A stretch of 64,000 nt of DNA from Nymphaea colorata. Lineage: Eukaryota. The stretch covers positions 5,332,001 through 5,396,000 of the forward strand of contig NC_045138.2 of assembly GCF_008831285.2 (NCBI RefSeq), given 5' to 3'. Below, one piece after another: positions 13,501-25,500 of this stretch. Both the position numbers and the translations under genes were made by a program. Position 1 is the stretch's first letter. Each line of letters begins with the position of its first letter. The notes below the pieces were generated by a model. It did no database searches. It was not told where the DNA came from and was given only the letters and a program-made list of their open reading frames with translations.

Positions 13501-16500
13501 TTTGTCAATATAGTACATGAGTAATCAGGTTAGCATGCCTAGAAATAAAGATACTAAGTGTTGTTTCAAATCATACACAGATACTATTACTCAATTCAGA
13601 CAGCCTTTAGCTGTTACTTTTGTCATGATGTTACAGCTTGTCAACAAGTGCTAGAACACAGATAACAATCTTCCTTATACTTCCTCATGAAAAAATTCAG
13701 CCTCCTAATTTGCTTCATTCGGAAGAATTTAAAATTTGTCATCGTTGTTTCAAACCATGGCCCTCAATATGTTCCTCAGTAATGAAAGAACAAGAATGAA
13801 ATTATTGAATGACAAAGAAGCAAAATGAGCAGTAGATCGATGCAATGAAATTTTCATAGTCTGAGACATGATGTACAATCGTGTCTGGTATTTCAAAGAT
13901 ACAGGTACAAATAATCTGTAAGTAAACTTTTCGACAAGCTCCCAAAAGGGACTTTCTCTTGAACACATAATACATGGAAAGGGACATGAAGTTTCTATAT
14001 TCTGCATTGAATGGGGGACACAAATGGAGACTCATACAAACAACCATGTTGTTTGAACCGTTAGTGAGAGTGTTGAACATGGTAAACTGATAGACACAAA
14101 TAAGCTACACAAGCTCCGAACAACAATAAAAAGGAAAAGTACATGCCATACTAATATAAAATTGACAAAACAAAACTTTTATTACATAATCTAATACATG
14201 TTAGATAAAGAAAAAAATGTTCCTGAAAGCTTGGATACTGTGAAAAGAAAATCCCTTGTTATGAGGAGAGAAAAAACGGCCAAAGGACTTCCAAAATCAT
14301 GCTACAGATCCTTCACTACTGTGAAGCGTTAACCATGAATTTTATAGATTTTAAACACCCACATAAGCATCTCACCATCATTTCTTGTGCTTTAATGATA
14401 GATCTTGTAAATTACAATCCTTCATTTGTTCTTCTATTTTTTCGAAACAGGGATTTTATGAGAGATTTAAACATGATGGTGTAAGACAAAGAAAGATGAG
14501 ACATTCGCATGAAGCAAATGAAGAATCTAATTCGACTTCAACAGATCTACATCATTAAAAGCTCTAGGCACAGGCTAGGCAAGTGAGTTGGGCCACCAGC
14601 ATGGCCAGGAATAAGAACATTAAGTGGTAGAAAAAACCACAAAATGCAACATTAACAACAAAATTGAAACATCTCCCCATCAAAAACCTATTGCTGTCAA
14701 CTTATAACATGAAGACAATCAGAACTGACAACAATATTAACATATTGAACAATAATAAGCACAACTAAAAGCTTAAAGGCCAACTTTAGCATAGTTGAAC
14801 AATTAAATTTTGCACCTTAAAAGAGAGCAAGCATTAAATTTAACATCAATTCTTATTTTACGTTTTTTTTTTGTATTTTTCTTTTTTAACGTTAATATCA
14901 TCATGGATTATATTTTAGACTTAAATTAAATTATGTTTGCTATTTTTATCATTTTATCTAGCCTTTTTTGTTTCTTACTATTTTTCTCATCCATTCTATT
15001 TTTACCTAAATTTTTGAATTTGGTCATTCTCATAAAAAATGCAGACATTTTTGTGAGATTTTCCAGAGAAAAAACCAACTTTTCTGAAAAAAAACCTGAG
15101 AATAACATTGTTGTGGCAGTGATATATACATTTCTAATGCAAAATCACATGCAACATGAAAGAGAATGAGGATAAGAAAATGTACATAACAACAAATAAG
15201 TAAAAGTAAAGAAACTGGTCCAGAGGGTAGAACGAGAAGAAAAGAAAACCTCCTGAGACGGTAGAAGAAGAAGAGAATCAAAAGATCACAGATGTTCAAA
15301 ATTTTGAACAAAGAAAACCTAAGTTGTTTAGCACCTTGACAAGGGGGCATTTTCATGAAGCAAGTTGCTTAGGAACGCATAGTCTAGGCAACCAGCTACA
15401 TATAGGGAATCAAGCGAGCCTGGCCATGCCTTTAACAACAAAGCATGAGATGAAGATTGGTCACTTTCTTTTTTCTAAGAGGAGATAGAACTTAAAGAGT
15501 TGATGGTGTTGAAGCCTTGTCACATGTTATTACTTACTTGCCAGTCATTATTTATTATTCGGTCATTTGACCTTGTTTTTTATGTCATCAAGTTAGTTTC
15601 ACTTATTTTATTTTTATCTACTTTTTGTGCAATATTTTTCTGTTTCTTTGAAATTTCAGAAAATTTCCCCAAAAAAAGTCTAATTCTTAGATACCAAGTG
15701 AAAGCTCAACCAGAAATGCTGAGTGTTACTTGTGACTGTGCCAACAACTGAGTAATAAGACGAATCTTTGTCAAGCATAATTTAAACATTATAAGACAGG
15801 CAGCTGAATGTCAGACACTCGGCTAGTCGGCTGACCCTTCACAAGCAATGCCTATTGAAGCATCCGTTGTCTTATCTATTCCAATTTCCAAATTACTGGA
15901 TAAGCTAATCAAAGTAAAAAAGGAAACCATAAAGCAGAAGAGCTGAAACCTGTGCAAAAACCAAAATCATCATCATTTACAAGGGTTCACACAACAAAAG
16001 AAGCATGTAAGACTTACGACATGTAGACGTCATGTGACTTAACAAACCACACAAAGGCCCATCAGGTGTGTGAACAGGGCAAAGAAATCCCCAGGACCTA
16101 ACAGCAAGTGCAGACAATTAGAACCAGAATGCATGTAGCAAAAAGAAACAAAACAATGAGGTGATATTTACTCAGGTAGAAGCTTCCGCACACTTGTTGT
16201 ACGCATATGCACAAAAAAAGAACCTCTATGTACAGAACGAAAATGAGATATAAAACGAAGGAAATTAAGCTTTTCTGCAACAACGGTCATGCCAGAGACC
16301 TGTTAAACAAATTCCCAATTTAGAAAGACAATATCATCTAATGCATTTAAAATGAATTTATTGAATTATAAAAGGACTTCGAAAAAAAAGCTAGAAATAA
16401 ATGCACCACTGATGCAGTGTAGTTTAGAGTTAGATCGGATCCCAGATTCAGATCCGTTTAGGGTTTGGATTTGACTTATTTGGTTATTGATGTTATTTTG

Positions 16501-19500
16501 GGTTTGGATTTGACTTATTTGGTTATTGATGTTATTTTGGATCTTTTTCGTTTTGGACCCAAGATCCAATTCAGATCTAGGGGTCAGGCCACTTAAAAAT
16601 GTCTCTTGTTTTGTGTAAAGGCACAATTGTTGATGAGAAAAACTATAATTTCCTTTGTTATTGAATTTCCCCTCTTTTCCTAGTCTCTCCTCGATCTTCA
16701 TGATGGCATAAGTCTTGATGAACAACTCCGCTATGAAGAAAGCAAAAAAAAAAAAAAAAAACATCGAACAATCTGAAAGAAAAAGCTTAAAAATCTCATG
16801 TTTCACTTGATCGAATCAATGGACAAAAACTCGTGAACTACAGACATGCATAGAACAAAGGCTGGTTCAAATGGAAAAACCAAACCAAAAAACCCTGTTG
16901 GATGAATCGAGCCTGAGCAATGCTAACCAAGATGGTGGACGACATCTATGGCAAGTTTGATGTATTGAAGAGCAAGAAATATCCACCTACTGACCTCGAG
17001 TAACAAAGGGAAAAACTTGAATGGAGATATTGCATGGAAAAAGGTGAACAGCACGCGGTGGGTGGTAGCCACCGCGGCCTTTTGTTTTGTGTAGGCACAA
17101 TTGTTGATGAGAAAAACCATAATTTCCTTTGTTATTCGATTTCCCCTTTTTCCTGGTCTCTCCTCGATCTTTGCGACGGAAAAAGTCTTGATGAACAACT
17201 CCGCTATTAAAAAAAGCAAAAAAAAAACATCGAAAATGTAGAAAAGGAAAAGCTTAAAAATCTCATGTTTCACTTGATCGAATCAATGGACAGAACTCGT
17301 GAACTACAAACACGCATAGAAGAAAGGCTGGTTCAAATGGAAAAAACAAACCAAAAAACCCTGTTGGATGAATCGAGCCTTAGCAATGCCAACCAAGATG
17401 GTGGACGACATCTATGGCAACTTTGATGTATTGAAGAGCAAAAAATATCCATCGGCTGACCTCGAGTAACAAAGGGAAAACCTTGCTACCATTTTTCATG
17501 CACCCCCATCTGTAGCACCCAACACCATCAACCACCGGCTGCAAGGTAATCACCGACCGCCTCCAGCCCAACCATGCCACATCGAAGGTGCCAGACTCCT
17601 AACAAAAAAACCTACGGCCCAAATTTTGTCAGCTGGTAGAGAAGGAATTGGAGAACGGGTGGAGCACAACCTTTCTTCAAGCTGCCACTGAACCCAATGG
17701 TTGTTGCTTAGCTGAAACCTATGTCACATAGGAGGGTGTGCCGGTTCGGCAGAACCCCAAAAATTTAGGTGCAACGGTGCGGTGAGAATATTTATTTGTT
17801 AATGTTAATTTGTTATAATATATGTATATATATATATATTGTTATTATTAATTTTTTATTATTATATGTATCCACACACACACACACACACATATAAGAA
17901 TTAAGAAATTTAGAGTATACACTATAGTCTATACACTCTACACAACAAACTTTATACATAAATTATATATGAATATTATATAATATATATTACATACTTA
18001 TAAGTTATAATTTATTGTGTATATAAATGTAACATATTAAGCATTAACATGCTTACAAAGTATAAACATTAAACAAGTAAACAAAAAACAACAAAACCAT
18101 GACAGAACACAGAAATGGAAAAAAAATGTTAAACCTTCCTTTTAACATTAAAAATTTTTCACGTAAAAAATATCAAAAATGACAAAAATAGGCTTGACAA
18201 GGTTTGACCGCACCCGACTCGAGTCAAACGCGAGTTGGGTGCGTGTCCAAAATGGCAAAAATGATCGGGTGCCGTCAGCCGCACCCAACTCTTGTTGACC
18301 CGAGTCAGGTGCGAATCTGAGCCGCACCCGAGTCGTGTCCACACGGGTGCGGCAGTCAAATTGCAGCGTCTGTGTGACTTAGGCTGAAACGGCCCTCAAC
18401 GGTCGTCCACCAGTTCAAGGTGTTCTACCAGCAGTCTCTTGGGAGCCGCTGCTGACCGCATGGTCCGGGTTCTTCTACTTAGTTTGTCGGGTGGCAGAGA
18501 AGGAACCAGAGAATGGGTAGAGCACAACCTTTGTTCAATATGCCACTAAACACAAAACCTATGTCACATAGGTATGGGTACGGGAACGAGTACGGACCAT
18601 TTTCAAAAAATTTGAGTGCGGGGGTACAGCCGTACACACACGGATATATATATATATATATATATATATCAAAAAAATTCAAACAATTTATAAATTATGA
18701 TCCAAAACACAGTATGAAAATGAAAAGTTGTGAGGAACTATGTACAAGAAATGTTTAGAGTGAAAAAAGAAATAGGAAAAGGGAGGGGGATTTTTAATTT
18801 ATAACTAAAAGAAGTGGGCAGATTGAGCAATTCCCACTCAAAACTGCAAACAATTCCAAGACCTGGAAAACAGGTCTGGTCCAGACCCGAAATCTTGTTT
18901 TATTTCCGAAACCGGCCAGATCAATTGAAGCGGCGGGTGGGAAACAAAAAATTGATGAAATGAGGTGGGAAACAAAAAATTTAATGAAATGAAAAGGAGC
19001 GCCATTTCCTTCGTACCCTCGCTCGATCTACGAGAATTCAAAAGGAGGCCCTCTCTCTCCTTTCCTCCACTCTTCTCCCCTTCTTCTTGCTCTTGGTAGA
19101 GTCGCCCGACCACCATAGCCATGTCCAGCAACCAAGAGAAACCGAGTACCAGTTACGCGGGCAAGGGCCAAGAGAGCCGCTGACTCCTCTGCTGCCACCG
19201 TTCCTCCACAGAAGAAACGCGCCGCGTTGGCCGAGCTCATCACCTCATCGACGCCTCTTCTAGCACCCCTGCTCAATCTAGAAAGAAGTCGACCAAGGCC
19301 TTCGCTGGAGTTGATCTTGGTGCCCATCTCGGCAAAAGAAGGGCACCGTCTTGGGCGAGCTACCTGAACTTGCCCATTCATCGTTTGGTGTGGCAAGCCG
19401 AACCAGGAGGAAGGGAAGTCGAGCACTCGAGAAAGGGTTAGGGTTTTCGATTGTCCGAAAATGGACAATTTTGGACTCTGTCAAAGTTGACCGAGTCCAA

Positions 19501-22500
19501 AAATGGACAAAAATAACCGGGTACGTTGACCGTACCCGGTGCTTCCTTGACCGTATTTTTGCCGTACCTAGACCCATACCGATACCATACCAATACCATG
19601 TGGGTACTCCTCACAAAAAGAAGTACCCATGTGACATAGCCCAAAACAGCCCTCAACAGTCATCCACTGCTTCAAGGTGTTCTGCCAACAGTCCCTTGGG
19701 GCCCATTAGCTCTAAAGATGGCACCAGGTCTCACCCAACGCCCCTGTGACGACAGCCTAGCTTGGGTTCTTCTACTTATCCAGGCCAAGATGGGTTTTCA
19801 CACTCAGTTTGGTTCAACCAGGTTGGTTTGGTGCCTTCTAAGCACTTTATTGGGCACGCAAACCCGAATTTGGAGCCTCAATCGCTCCCTGAAGCAATGT
19901 CACATGAATGTGGGGTGCCGGTGCCGGCTTGGCACATCTCAAAAAATTTAGGTGTGGGGGTGTGGCAAGGGTATATATATATACAATATTATTTATATAT
20001 ATACATATATATATATATGTATTCATAATATCTATATAGTTGTAAGCTTGTTCGTTAGCTTAACCTCTCCTTTTGTTAACTTTTATTATTGTAGATAAAG
20101 AAAGAAAGGGTGGGGAGAGAGAATAAAAAAGAATAAAAAATATTTTGAACATACATAAGAGAGGGTGCAGTTGGGGTGCGTGTCAAAAAAGCACCCATAC
20201 CTGCACCAGCACAGTGTCATATCAATGCAGGTGCAGCCCCTTTTGAAGAGTCTGTGTGACATAGCCCCAAAGCCACCCGCAGCAGGTGCCTGGGCATTTG
20301 CCCATGTCCATATGTATGTCCTTAAACCACCCAAGCCAAAATCGAATCCCAACGACACCCCCGTTTTGAAAGAAAGGTGATCCACGTTCTGAATTGTGCT
20401 GAAAACAGAGAATAAGAGAGAAAAGCACACTATAGATGGCGGCAGAAACTAAGGCACGCCTCCTGCCCTTAAACTGATATATTAAGGACAATAAAATTAC
20501 AGTACAATAATGACCAACAAAATTAAGAGAATTACAACATATGCCATTAATAAGTGATGAGTTAAAAAAGGTTCACGTAAGGTCACGTTTTTTGGATCTG
20601 ACCCAAATCCAAAACACATTATTTTAACACCCTCCCTCAAGTTGCACATGCTTCTTGAGCATGTACAACTTGCTCTTCAATAATTAGAATTGTTGCCCCA
20701 TCAGTCTTTTTGTGAATAAGTCTCTTATTTGATCTTCTGCCCTCAAAGAGAAGGGTTCTATCTCCTTTAGTTCAACCTTCTGACAAACAAAATGTTGATC
20801 AATTTCAATATGCTTCATTCTATTGTATTAAAGGCAACATTTATCGCACTTTGGCTATTAAAAGATGCTTTCACCGCCCGTCACTGCATGTTCAGGTTGC
20901 CAAGAATGAGCACCAGCAACTCACCTGATATATAGCTGGTCTTCGCTCCTCTATTAAAAATGTTTCAATTGCTTTACAGTAGAAATGTTAAATAAGTCCA
21001 GTAGCCAAGCCATGAAAGTAGAAAAGTCTCTAAAGTCTAAAGCATAAACAAGAGTCTCATCTGTTGGAGTCTGATGATTTCCACCATTCTAAGTTGAGTT
21101 CTTCAATCCGAGGAGCAAGCTTCTCGAAGTGAGAAGACGCTACCTTAGGGTCCTAGTCTAATCATGTGACTTCTAATAAGGAAAAGTGTCTTGCTTTTAA
21201 TACTCGGTCAAAATCTCATATCGTTGACACTTCTGTCCATTGTTTTAAATGTCAAGGGCCATGTCATAACTAGTCACAGTGCCCCAATGTTGTCAAACGA
21301 AGTATCATGGTTGAACCTAAAGACGAAACCGTTAAGTCAGAACATGAGGATGCCCACAGCGAGTCGAAGTCAAGAGCCAAAGTCTTCAACCTAGGTAGAC
21401 TAATGCTGTGTAGTTTAGAGTTCGATCAGATCCCAAATTCTGACCGTTTAGGATTTGGATTTGACTTATTTGGTTATTGATGTTGTTTTAGGTTTTGATC
21501 TTTTTAGTTTTGGACCTGATATTCAATTCAGATCTAAGGGCCATGCCACTTAAAAAGGCCTCTTTTGTTTTGTTTAGGGCTAACTGTTGATGAGAAAAAC
21601 CTTAACTCTCTTTTGTTATTGAATTTTCCTTCTTTTTCTAAGCTTTCCCTTTTATTGTTTGCTTTTTAGTGCTTTTCCTACAGAGATTAGAGTGAGGAGC
21701 TCTAATCACTGCGTCAACCACTAATCTTCTTTTTGAAATTTAGAAGTTGAACAAAGAGATGTTGCTCATGTGAAAAAAGGTCAGCAGCTAAAAGCCTAAA
21801 ACAATCCTATCAACAAAATCAAGTCAAAATTTAATGTGCGGGCACTCAAATACCAAATTATTTTCTAAAATTTTATCCAATGCTCTAAATCCATAATAGA
21901 CTGTAACCTGATCATTTTCTCATTTCTAAAATTTGATATGATGACTTCTTGACTATCAGAAACTCCATTTTCAAGTGAATTCCTCACAATAAAAAACATT
22001 AGTTGGATTGCTGCCAGCTGGGGATGTTTGAGACATTACAAACAAACCATGTTGTGTTTGTTAGATATCCAAGAACACAAAAAGGAGTAATAGACGCTAT
22101 GTTCCAAGGAACACGACTTTTCTTGAAAATGAAAATGGTTTTGAAAAGAGAACCAAAATAAAAAGAGAACCTAGGCCGGACTAGCGCCTTTAACTACTAA
22201 AGTTTCATATGTTGTCATAATCGACAAGTTAATCTTAGGAAGCTTCTATATTGTCTTGTGAATTTTTAAGAGATTATTTACCTCCTAGTTGTATCTTATT
22301 GAGAAGATTCCATGATCAAAAACGCAACCTTGAATTTCAGCCAAGTACTCTCTAAGAAGTTAAACCAACCAGACCTAAAGTCTATGTTACGTATCACATG
22401 CCTACACCTCAAGCCAGAGGTAACTCATTCTTGCCAAGCAAATGGCACCCGAATGATAGCTTGAGTCTACTCAGCAAAGAGATGTCTGCCTATCTAAAGA

Positions 22501-25500
22501 AAACAATTTGGATGGCACCTCAATGACAGCTTGAGTCTACTCAGAAAAGATGATATTGCCCGGGTATCAAGCAAAGGCAAATGGCTTGCACGTTGTCCTT
22601 GAACAAGAAATAGAAAGACAATAGGTAACAGCTAGCAAGCATGTTATTTCATGACTAAAAATTTAAAACAATTGGATAGAACTCATTCCAAAAATAAGAT
22701 CATAAATTTGACATATACTGGACAGAACTTAATCCAAAGATTAAGACAATTTATTTCAAGATAAACCATGAGGCGAAATATAAAAAGCAAGAATATAGGA
22801 ATTAAACAGAAAGTATTTGAGTATGGTCTAGCATCTCTAAGATGAAACAAAATGAAATGTTAAAAAAACCATGATACAAGCAACTAAGAGCAGTAATGAA
22901 AATAGAAACACCCCATTTCCTCAATGATAAATGATTAGGAAGCAAAAGTAAATCTCCATCAAATTAAAAATAAAAACGTAAGGTAATAATTTCATCTATC
23001 ACCTGCTGCATATCAAGACCTGAACTTGTAACAATGTTTCCAGTACTTAGCGTAGCTTCAACAGCCTTTGCAACATTTACAGAAGAAAATTTATCCATAG
23101 CTTTTTTCACATGTGTCACTGCATGTTTTACGTTAAAAAGGAAAAGAGTAGAACTATTATTACATGAAAATCGAAAATCACTGAATATAACAGCAAATAT
23201 TCCATGTTCCCAACTAATGGGTCAGTTTTTTACCTATGTCTATTGAAGGAAAAGATAAATACAAGCTTAACTTCCATTGTAAGCAAAACTTCACAAGAAT
23301 GGGCAACAGATCTTGCCACTTACGCTGTCATGAACCAATTATGCAAAGAATATTGTTTACATATTGTGCTGCTATGTATGACTAAATTAACCATGCTGCA
23401 GTCCATAACTAGAAGAGGTTGAACTTCAATGCAATTACAAACCATTCAAATATTCAAGAAACTTGACAAAATTGAGAGTTATGGCTGTTCAACAAATCTT
23501 TAACAAATGATTAACCATAGAAGATACGTATAGTACTTTAAACACTGAGATTGTGAATCTGTCGTTCTTAAGCAATTGGAGTACTAATTTCAAGAAGTGA
23601 AATCTGAGGAAGTTTGATCAGAAACAGAGTCAGAGGACTTCTTAACAAGATTGAACTTCTTTTCCTCATAATCACAACTACTTAACAAACAAGGACTGTA
23701 AACTTTCAGATTACATGGATTCTGCACTTTTCATCAGAATGCCTTAAGTCAATGTGAGAAAATTTTGCAGCAGATCTCCAGTTGAGAAATAAAGTACGAA
23801 GGACTGCTTAAGCTCTAAAAATGTATCTTAAACATGGTTGTGATGTATATTTAGCATATAGACACCAAATCGAGTGGAGACCAATTAAAGAACACTTTTT
23901 GAGGTTCTTTTACAAAAAAAAAAATTCTTAAACATGATGTCCAACAAGATCGAGTGGCTCCACAGGCATATGCCACAAGCATGCAGCATGCAAATACATT
24001 GTACAAAAATGATGCAATCAAATTAAAAGATAACTAGTCAAAGCATGAGCTGTGAAATTGTTTTTCAAATGCCCAACCACATAAAAGCAACAAAATTCAC
24101 TCTTGGATTGGTTTCGTTTGGATGTGAAAGGGCTACGATTTACAAGATACAGTTACAAATCAGAAAAAGGGCGCACACACGGATACTAATTTTTGAAATG
24201 TAACAGGACAAAAAACTATGCTGAACAATTTATGCAGTCACTTTGCAAGAGATTGCCCAAAATATGTTGGATGTCCTGAATATCACATAGAAAAATTATA
24301 TCAACAGCAAAATTAATTGACTATCAAAACCAACCAAAATTATAAAAACCAACCAAAATTATAGGTGCCCTCCATCTCAGTGACAACTTCTACATTGACT
24401 CCTACCACATGTCCAGGAAAAATTGCAGAAAATTATTGCTTCCCATATTACAGGGACAGCAACACTTTACAACTGTTCTTGTTCTTTTGCAATATAAGAT
24501 CAACCAGTCATCAAATAGGCAGGTGCATCTTATTCATTTCAGTAGTGCAGCTTTTACCATAGCATAAACATGCAACACCAATCTGTGTTTTAGAACAAGA
24601 TATTTGGACCAACTACTACGAAACAGAGAAAATAGTTACAAAATGAAAAAGCAAATGGTGAAGCTCGTACAATTTTGAATATCAAAATGTTTGTCTTCTT
24701 TCCTAAGCTCATCTAGAATCTGTCGTCTTGATCTACTCAACCACTCCTCAAACTTTTCCTAAATGTCACAAAAAATAACAGTTAAAATGGGAAATATTAT
24801 AAATCAAGCACTCTTCACCACAACTGCACAATATCAATTAGAGTACAAAGGCTAGCCCAATTTTTTTGGTAAAAACATGACCAAAAAACTCATTAGATGC
24901 AACTAAAAGTTTGTCAAAGCATATAATAATAAAGATCAGTTTTAAAAAACATTTTGAAAAACACATCAAAAACCAAAACAGGAAAAGCATTTATTTCCAA
25001 TCAACATGCTCTTTTTAGTGCTACATTCTAGGTTGTCAAGCTTCTACCTAAGTAAAAGCTTAACCTGGGCCTCTATATGGCTGGACTCCTAGGCTTATCG
25101 CTCTCAGGCAGCAAATCACATTAAAAATGTCCACGCCATAGGCATGCAACAGCTTAGACATCTTTCATCCTAAATTTCTTCCCTTTTTTCTTTTTCTTCT
25201 TCTAGGCTTGTTGCCGGCGGTTGAAACGTTGTCGTGGGTTGGTGAAGAGCACGATGGACCAATGAGCAGCGGAGACCCCCCATGCTGGCCTTTTGGCTCA
25301 TCAGGCGACACCTCCGGGAGGAATGATTCCACTGGGTAGTGCCGTTCCACAGCCGCCGTCCCTGGGACACTTCCTACCACCAGAATAGGAGAACCACCAA
25401 GGAGGGCTGCCAGCATCACGCTCCTATCTCTGGTCCCATTTTATGGCTTCTTGGGCATCAGATTTTCTTCAATGAAGCAGGCGCGTCCGCTGAATCTGCA

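Larger units (their letters stand above)
16410..21716 (+). mobile_element. Degenerate, largely non-coding LTR retroelement containing nested TEs
   Basis: Left LTR starts TGATGCAGTG (16410); right LTR 21401-21716 ends CACTGCGTCA; the two are similar over about 250 bp; 5-bp TSD ACCAC on both sides. Gag zinc-knuckle-like remnant CFKCQG near 21240. Confidence 0.7.

Noticed and set aside
16366..17273. Two similar minus-strand ORFs ([10 protein letters not shown]...) suggesting a duplicated small gene
   Set aside because: They arise from the 467-bp tandem duplication within an LTR element and are low-complexity.
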